DNA of 64,000 nucleotides from Escherichia coli (GTDB lineage Bacteria; Pseudomonadota; Gammaproteobacteria; Enterobacterales; Enterobacteriaceae): NCBI RefSeq assembly GCF_030013595.1, contig NZ_CP122768.1; one strand, 5' to 3'. Shown piece by piece: positions 56,336 to 64,000 of this stretch (position 1 is its first letter; each line of letters starts with the position of its first letter). The notes under the pieces were generated by a model. It saw only the letters and a program-made list of their open reading frames with translations, ran no database searches and was not told where the DNA came from. The position numbers and the translations under genes were made by a program.

Positions 56336-56411
56336 GGCCCTTTAGCTCAGTGGTTAGAGCAGACGACTCATAATCGTCCGGTCGCTGGTTCAAGTCCAGC
56401 AAGGGCCACCA
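56336..56411 (+). tRNA. ileY: tRNA-Ile2 (anticodon CAU, lysidine-modified)
   Basis: 76-nt cloverleaf GGCCCTTTAGCTCAGTGGTTAGAGCAGACGACTCATAATCGTCCGGTCGCTGGTTCAAGTCCAGCAAGGGCCACCA. Confidence 0.9.
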
Positions 56412-56595
56412 AATCATCATTCAGGTATCAGGAAGAGTTAAGGGTACAAGGGGTACTCGATGGCGGTCTATATTTCACGACTAACGCCATTTCAAGGAAG
56501 AAGTGTGGTGGGTGGTTTCGAATGAGGGCTGGTGTTTTGGTACGTGGCACGCCACTGCAATGTATTTATCCATCAGTACTCATTCAAAAGTACCT

Positions 56596-56624
56596 GGAAA
56601 AAATGCCCGCTATGCCAAGCGGGC
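56596..56624 (-). terminator. Terminator-like hairpin on minus strand (GCCCGC-ttggcata-GCGGGC + ATTTTTT)
   Basis: Read directly; no annotated minus-strand gene upstream of it. Confidence 0.4.
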
Positions 56625-57167
56625 AAATTGCTTACATGTGGAATTAAGTAATTAACGATAAAGCCAGAGTATTATCATTTATCATGCCTCTTCATTTAAT
56701 CAGGTTAATTACTCAAATCACTGAACTATTCTCTGTTCGCTCACTGATGATAAGTGAAGTGTCACAACCACGATTTGTATGTGGACCAATGCTGTAGAGT
56801 AAGGATGAAATGTCTCTGCCACGCCTTAAACATCTACTACTGACTAGAACCGCCGTCGAATGCAGAAGAGCCTTGTGAGCATTACAGGAGTCTGGCTTTG
56901 GTCATTAATCAACGCTATTTAGATATAAATTTCTAACACTCAAAAAACGATTCTCACGAATAAATTATAACGGGTGGTTTTTATCATACAGTGAAATAAC
57001 CTTTTGCTTATTAAATTTAACATTCTTGTGCTAAATTAATTAAAAGTACCATGTATAGCATATGAAGCTGTTAATGCCAGCAATTGTCTCAAATGAGCGA
57101 TTTTTTATAGTGACAAACAATAATAACATTAAAAATAGCCATGTAGACATTAACTGAGGAAAAGACA

Positions 57168-58622
57168 ATGTTAGTTAGTAAAAGCAACGAAATTAACACT
57201 AGCACATTTATAAATAGTGGAAATTGTAATGAAAGAAAATCTTCTAAATCCATGGAGTTACTAGCTTATAGTATTATAAAATTAATTTGTAAAGAAGCTG
57301 CCTCAGGGACGTATAACGGTGCTCTTGAAATTTTACAAAAAATGATGTCTAAATGTAAATATCATGAAGGCAATGCTTTTGTCATTATGGGAGCCGGAGA
57401 ACAATTAAAACGTATTAAATATGATGCTAATGAAAATAAATTAAAAGTATACAACGTACACTTTGATAATAATCAAGAGTTAGTTGCTGATGGTGAGCCT
57501 GACGTAGTATTTTTAAAAAAAACGGTGTGGGAAGACCTTCTCGTTAAACTAAAGCTGGAGAACAAAGAAAATGCGGTTTCTGAAATTAACCTGTCATCTA
57601 ATAAAAATAATGTTGATCAGTTTATTGAATGCGCTAAGAGAAATGAACAGACCCTATTCGGCAATATAAGAAAAAGTGATTTTCATGTTGCTTCACTTCA
57701 GCCAGGTAGAACGCGTAGTGTTATTTCAGAAACGCCGCCAAATGACTGTATGGAATCACATAATTTATATGAAAACCACACAGATAAGGTTTCAACTGTA
57801 ACTAAAAATTCTCAGCAAGTTAAAGGTCACTATGGAGATAAGTTGAAAGAAATGCAGTTGTTCCTCAACCAGATGAGCAATGCACTTCAACAGGATTCAT
57901 CTTTGTTAGAGTCAAAGGAACACACCATAGATATTCAAGAAAAAACGAATAAGTTTGTGCAGCATTTTCAGCGGGTATTATTTGATAAAAATGGAAGGTC
58001 ATCAGAGTTTCTACTTAATTTTTATGAGTGTTGCTATAAGTTTTTACCAAGAGCGCAGCCTCAAGATAAAATAGATAGCTATAATTCAGCACTGCAAGCT
58101 TTTTCCATCTTTTGTTCATCTACGTTGACACATAATAATGTAGGGTTTAATTTCAAATTATTTCCAGAAGTCAAGCTGTCTGGAGGAGAGCTTGAAACGG
58201 TATTCAAATACAAAAATGGCAATTTTGTCTGGGAGATAGCCAGAATTAAAATTACTCTCCCAAAAGAAGAGGGTGGTTTATATAATTTACGTGGATTGGA
58301 TTTTAAGGGATGCTTCTTTTCTGGACAGAACTTCAGTAACTATGATATTCAATATGTGAACTGGGGAACGTCATTGTTTGATCTTGATACTCCATGTATT
58401 TTTAATGCGCCTGCTTACAACAAGAGTAATGAAAAATCATTAGAACGCGTCAGCGAAAACGGTTTAAGTGGAGTCTTGTCTGATCGTAATAAAAAAATAA
58501 AACTCATCACGGGTGTGGCACCATTCGATGATATTTTATTTATGGATGATGACTTTGATGATAACTCCCCTGAGGATGGTCCCGTTGAGAATAGTCCTGT
58601 TGTGAATAGTCCCCTTGTATGA
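57168..58622 (+). CDS. Uncharacterized 484-aa islet protein: polar Ser/Asn/Thr-rich N-terminus, pentapeptide-repeat-like segment, acidic C-terminal tail
   Basis: Single long ORF in a strongly AT-rich block; segment NLRGLDFKGCFFSGQNFSNYDIQYV resembles pentapeptide repeats; tail DDILFMDDDFDDNSPEDGPVENSP; no signal peptide seen. Confidence 0.7.
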   Translation: MLVSKSNEINTSTFINSGNCNERKSSKSMELLAYSIIKLICKEAASGTYNGALEILQKMMSKCKYHEGNAFVIMGAGEQLKRIKYDANENKLKVYNVHFDNNQELVADGEPDVVFLKKTVWEDLLVKLKLENKENAVSEINLSSNKNNVDQFIECAKRNEQTLFGNIRKSDFHVASLQPGRTRSVISETPPNDCMESHNLYENHTDKVSTVTKNSQQVKGHYGDKLKEMQLFLNQMSNALQQDSSLLESKEHTIDIQEKTNKFVQHFQRVLFDKNGRSSEFLLNFYECCYKFLPRAQPQDKIDSYNSALQAFSIFCSSTLTHNNVGFNFKLFPEVKLSGGELETVFKYKNGNFVWEIARIKITLPKEEGGLYNLRGLDFKGCFFSGQNFSNYDIQYVNWGTSLFDLDTPCIFNAPAYNKSNEKSLERVSENGLSGVLSDRNKKIKLITGVAPFDDILFMDDDFDDNSPEDGPVENSPVVNSPLV

Positions 58623-58768
58623 AGTTCTAAAAGTAGTTTTCAATGATAAATAAATGGCTATTTTTACGAAGAGATAATAACGTAGATTGAAACAATATGT
58701 ATTATTGATTGAGTAGATGGGATTATTCTTCACACTACATCCATTTTAGTGTCACTACCAAAGAAAAA

Positions 58769-58800
58769 GGGGCTACGTTTTCATGTAACCCCTTGATTTA
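58769..58800 (+). terminator. Putative rho-independent terminator after the 484-aa gene
   Basis: GGGGCTAC-loop-GTAACCCC stem (one mismatch) followed by TTGATTTATTT. Confidence 0.45.
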
Positions 58801-58991
58801 TTTGGTGGGCTAGCAGTGACTGAATTGGTGCTGTAATTGGTTGAAATATTTCATCTAATGTCTGGTTCAACTTTCCTTAGCTGCCTGAAAATTTTTTGAG
58901 CTTACCCAGCAATAACAGCGTTACGGTGCACCACGCCTGACTGAAGAACTGCGTGCTCAGGGTTACCACTTCAACGTAAAACCGTGGCAGG

Positions 58992-59219
58992 AGGTCCGGA
59001 CTGAAAAAACTGCTCAGGACATTATCGGCAGGGTACGCACTGCTAGTCTGTAAACTGAACCGACTGGGGCGCAGTATGTGGCATCTTGTCGTGCTGTTGG
59101 AGGAGCTGTGCAAACGTGGTATTAACTTTCGTGCTCTGGCCCAATCTATATTTCCCCAACAATGGGGGGACGAATGCTGTAAAAGTAAAACAATCTGCGA
59201 TCTCAAAGTTATTGTGTGA
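58992..59219 (+). pseudogene. pinH: Remnant of a Pin/Hin-family serine DNA invertase (internal fragment, frameshifted, 5' part missing)
   Basis: Translation [53 protein letters not shown] matches the Pin/Hin core (..[44 protein letters not shown]) as I recall it; downstream STPMG motif continues in another frame. Confidence 0.7.
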
Positions 59220-59557
59220 TTTTTATGTGAGCAGAAGATATTCATCAGAAACGATTATGTAAATCATTTTATTTTGCCAACGGCCTCATTGTCGAAAGAA
59301 AAGAATACGCCCGTGTTTCCTGAATAGATTGACTTTTTTATCCAACCACACTTCAGCGCACTGCGTTTAAAAAATGCCTCATTCTTATGCGGAATATCAT
59401 CATTTCATCATGATGTCTTTGATGAGCGGTGAACACAATACACTTGCGCTGTCTCTTCAGGATGAATCCCCTGGTCTGGTGCCTGTGGGCTGATGTTGCA
59501 GCAGAGCTAAGGTTGCTTAAACGCTACTCAGTATTCACTTTTCAGAGGATGAAATTT

Positions 59558-62500
59558 ATGAACAGGACCAGTCCCTATTATTTTCGCCGCTCAGTACTTT
59601 CCTTATTGATATCTGCCTTAATATATGCCCAGCCCGGGATGGCGGCCTTCACTACTAATGTTATTGGTGTGGTAAACGATGAGACTGTAGATGGCAACCA
59701 ACGAGTAGATGAACGAGGTACAACAAATAACACTCATATTATCAACCATGGCCGGCAGGAGGTCTATGGTGGGATATCTAATAGTAGTATTATTGAAACT
59801 GGTGGCGAGCAACTAGTATCAATCCATGCCGATATTAACGGGCAAGCTAATAATACAACCATTAATGGAGGCAGACAGTCAATTGAGTACGGAGGAATTT
59901 CTACTGGCACGATAATCGAAAGTGGCAATCAATATGTTTATAAAGGTGGTACCAGCAATGACACGACAATTAAGGGCGGTACTTCACGCATAGAGGGGGG
60001 ACTGCAAATGGAACAATCATTGATGGTGGAGGCCAGTCAGTATCAACTCAGGGGCATGTTGACGGTACGACGATAAATAAGTCTGGTTATCAGGACATCA
60101 CGCAAGGAAGTCTGGCGACGAACACAACCATAAATGGTGGGCGACAGTATGTTGAACAGAGCACAGTAGAAACAACCGCCATTAAAAATGGCGGTGAGCA
60201 AAGAGTATATGAGAGCCGTGCGCTGGACACGACGATTGAAGGCGGAACTCAGTCTCTGAATAGTAAGTCAACGGCAAAAAATACGCAGATCTATTCTGGT
60301 GGTACGCAAATTGTTGATAACACGAGCTCCTCGGATGTTATTGAAGTTTATTCCGGCGGCGTGCTTGATGTTAGAGGTGGTACGGCAACTAATATTACTC
60401 AGCACGATGGAGCCGCTTTAAAAGTAACGACTTACGATTTGACGGTGAGCGGTACGAATAGTGAAGGGGCATTCTCCATCCACAATAACGTGGCAGAGAA
60501 TGTGTTGCTGGAAAACGGTGGTCATTTAGACATAAACGCATATGGTTCGGCAAATAAGACGATTATTAAAGATAAAGGAACAATGTCAGTTTTAACGAAT
60601 GCTAAAGCTGATGCGACCCGAATAGATAATGGCGGCGTTATGGATGTTGCCGGAAACGCGACAAATACCATAATTAATGGTGGCACACAGAATATTAATA
60701 ATCATGGTATTGCCACGGGCACCAATATCAACAGTGGAACGCAAAATATCAAGAGCGGCGGGAAAGCTGACACGACAAATATATCCTCTGGGAGCCGGCA
60801 GGTTGTTGAGAAAGATGGTACGGCAACTGGCAGCAATATTAGCGCCGGAGGCTCGCTGATTGTCTATACCGGCGGTATTGCACATGGGGTTAACCAGGAG
60901 ACGGGCAGTGCTTTAGTTGCCAACACGGGCGCAGGGACTGATATCGAAGGATACAACAAGCTCTCTCACTTCACTATTACCGGAGGAGAGGCTAATTATG
61001 TTGTGCTGGAAAATACCGGCGAACTGACGGTAATGGCTAAAACCTCGGCGAAAAATACTACCATTGATGCTGGCGGTAAGCTGATTGTCCAGAAGGAGGC
61101 TAAAACAGATAGCACCAGACTTAATAATGGTGGCGTTCTGGAGGTTCAGGACGGTGGTGAGGCTAAGCATGTTGAGCAACAATCCGGCGGCGCATTAATT
61201 GCTTCCACGACCTCCGGAACACTTATCGAAGGAACCAACAGTTATGGTGATGCTTTCTACATCAGGAATTCAGAAGCTAAAAATGTAGTGCTGGAAAACG
61301 CTGGCTCATTAACAGTCGTCACTGGTTCCCGGGCAATTGACACGATTATTAATGCCAACGGCAAAATGGATGTTTATGGAAAAGATGTTGGTACTGTACT
61401 TAATAGTGCTGGTACCCAAACAATATATGCCAGTGCCACTTCTGAAAAAGCAAATATCAAAGGTGGCAAGCAAATGGTATATGGTTTAGCCACTGAGGCA
61501 AATATCGAAAGTGGTGAACAAATTGTTGATGGTGGGTCAACAGACAAAACGCACATCAATGGCGGTACGCAAACCGTTCAGAATTATGGTAAGGCGATCA
61601 ATACCGATATCGTCTCTGGCCTACAACAAATTATGGTAAACGGGACAGCGGAAGGTTCCATTATTAATGGCGGTTCACAGGTAGTTAATGAGGGCGGTCT
61701 GGCTGAAAACTCGGTGCTTAATGACGGCGGCACTCTCGATGTGCGGGAGAAAGGCAGCGCAACGGGGATACAGCAAAGTAGCCAGGGCGCGTTGGTGGCA
61801 ACCACCAGAGCGACGCGGGTCACAGGGACACGCGCTGATGGCGTCGCGTTCAGCATTGAGCAGGATGCGGCGAACAATATCCTGCTGGCAAATGGCGGCG
61901 TGTTAACCGTGGAGTCAGACACCACTTCCGCCAAAACACAGGTCAATGCGGGCGGGCGGGAGATCGTCAAAACAAAAGCCACTGCGACAGGCACGACGCT
62001 CACCGGCGGCGAACAAATCGTCGAGGGGGTGGCGAATGAGACAACGATTAACGACGGCGGAATACAAACAGTTTCGGCTAACGGTGAGGCAGTAAAAACA
62101 ACGATTAATGAAGGCGGTACGCTGACAGTCAACGATAATGGCAAAGCGACAGATATCATCCAGAACAGCGGTGCCGCTCTCCAGACGAGCACGGCTAACG
62201 GTATTGAAATCAGCGGTACTCACCAGTACGGCACCTTTTCCATTGCCGGAAATTTAGCGACCAATGCGTTGCTGGAAAATGGCGGTAATTTATTGGTATT
62301 AGCAGGTACCGAAGCCCGTGACTCCACGGTTGGCAAGGGTGGTGCAATACAAAACCTGGGTCAGGACTTCGCCACAAAGGTTAATTCTGGTGGACAATAT
62401 ACCCTCGGTCGGTCAAAAGATGAGTTTCAGGCTTTGGCCCGGGCAGAAGATCTACAGATCGCTGGCGGGACGGCAATCGTCTACGCAGGTACGCTGGCGG

Positions 62501-64000
62501 ATGCATCGGTCAGTGGCGCGACAGGAAGCCTGTCGTTAATGACGCCACGGGATAATGTTACGCCAGTTAAACTTGAAGGGGTGGTCCGGATTACCGATAG
62601 CGCGACATTAACTATCGGAAATGGCGTCGATACGACGCTTGCCGACCTGACGGCTGCCAGTCGGGGCAGTGTCTGGCTTAACAGCAATAATTCCTGTGCA
62701 GGCACCAGCAACTGCGAATATAGAGTAAACAGTTTACTCCTCAACGACGGTGATGTTTATTTATCAGCACAAACAGCAGCGCCTGCCACAACTAACGGTA
62801 TCTACAATACGCTGACCACCAGTGAACTTTCCGGCAGCGGTAATTTCTACCTGCATACCAACGTTGCAGGCTCCCGGGGCGATCAACTGGTCGTCAACAA
62901 CAACGCCACTGGCAATTTTAAAATCTTTGTTCAGGATACCGGCGTCAGCCCTCAGTCTGACGACGCGATGACGCTGGTGAAAACAGGGGGAGGGGATGCT
63001 TCGTTTACGCTGGGTAATACCAGCGGTTTCGTTGATCTTGGGACCTATGAGTATGTCCTGAAAAGCGACGGCAACAGCAACTGGAACCTGACCAATGATG
63101 TCAAACCCAACCCGGACCCCAACCCAAATCCGAAACCGGATCCAAAACCAGACCCAAAACCGGATCCGAAACCAGACCCGACTCCCGATCCAACGCCGAC
63201 ACCCGTCCCGGAGAAACGCATCACGCCTTCTACGGCAGCCGTACTCAATATGGCAGCAACATTACCGTTGGTCTTTGATGCTGAGCTAAACAGTATTCGC
63301 GAGCGGTTGAACATAATGAAAGCGAGTCCACACAACAATAATGTCTGGGGGACGACGTATAACACCCGTAATAATGTCACCACCGATGCGGGTGCCGGGT
63401 TTGAGCAGACGCTGACCGGAATGACGGTGGGGATCGATAGCCGTAATGATATTCCTGAGGGGATTGCGACGCTGGGCGCTTTTATGGGTTATTCCCATTC
63501 ACATATTGGTTTTGATCGTGGAGGACATGGCAGTGTGGGCAGTTATTCTCTGGGGGGCTATGCCAGCTGGGAACATGAAAGTGGTTTCTATCTGGACGGT
63601 ATCGTGAAGCTGAACCGCTTTGAAAGTAACGTAGCCGGTAAAATGAGCAGCGGTGGAGCCGCCAACGGCAGTTATCGCAGCAACGGGCTGGGCGGTCACA
63701 TTGAAACCGGGATGCGATTTACCGATGGTAACTGGAACCTGACGCCGTATGCATCGTTAACGGGGTTCACCGCTGATAACCCCGAATATCATTTATCCAA
63801 TGGCATGGAATCGAAATCAGTCGATACCCGCAGTATATATCGTGAACTGGGCGCAACGCTGAGTTACAACATGCGTCTGGGGAACGGTATGGAAATTGAG
63901 CCGTGGCTGAAGGCGGCTGTGCGCAAAGAATTTGTCGATGATAACCGGGTGAAGGTGAATAATGACGGTAATTTCGTCAATGATTTGTCGGGCAGACGTG
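59558..64000 (+). pseudogene. ypjA: AIDA-I-type autotransporter adhesin (YpjA/EhaD-like); frame broken at G6 tract 59995-60000; 3' end beyond window
   Basis: Signal peptide MNRTSPYYFRRSVLSLLISALIYAQPGMAA; frame A stops at 60076; the adjacent frame from 59974 is open to the window end and encodes repeated GG-x-Q-x-V passenger repeats, a PNPDPNPNPKPDPKPDP linker and the start of the beta-barrel domain. Confidence 0.85.

Noticed and set aside
58900-58990. Short frame [25 protein letters not shown] upstream of the invertase remnant
   Set aside because: Does not match the invertase N-terminus or any family I recognise; too short to call, probably decayed sequence.
63045-63383. Minus-strand ORF with GSGFGSGFG repeats
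   Set aside because: Reverse-complement artefact of the Pro-Asp/Pro-Lys tandem repeat inside the autotransporter gene.

Overview
This window reads as an Escherichia coli chromosomal segment (recognised from memory of the encoded proteins, not from a search) covering ascB through a YpjA-like autotransporter, in inverted orientation relative to K-12 MG1655. Gene order: ascB(partial)-ascF, ascG, hydN-hypF, norWV/norR, gutQ-srlR-gutM-srlDBEA, mltB, pncC, recA-recX-alaS, csrA, a serV plus tRNA-Arg array, yqaB-yqaA, gshA, MicA sRNA, luxS, an IS200-family insertion, emrRAB, ygaZH, ygaY, proVWX, nrdHIEF, ygaM, ygaC, alaE, stpA, ygaP, ygaV, yqaE, kbp, csiR, gabDTP, lhgO, csiD, ygaQ, tRNA ileY. About 57 kb is well-known core genome. 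The accessory content is the IS200 copy between luxS and emrB, and an AT-rich islet 3' of tRNA ileY carrying a 484-aa unknown protein with a pentapeptide-repeat-like segment, a degraded Pin-family invertase remnant, and an AIDA-type autotransporter whose frame is broken at a G6 tract. No CRISPR array, prophage or recognisable defence operon was seen. Coordinates of RNA genes and small sites were indexed by hand and checked against nearby ORF-track anchors; IS and terminator boundaries are approximate.
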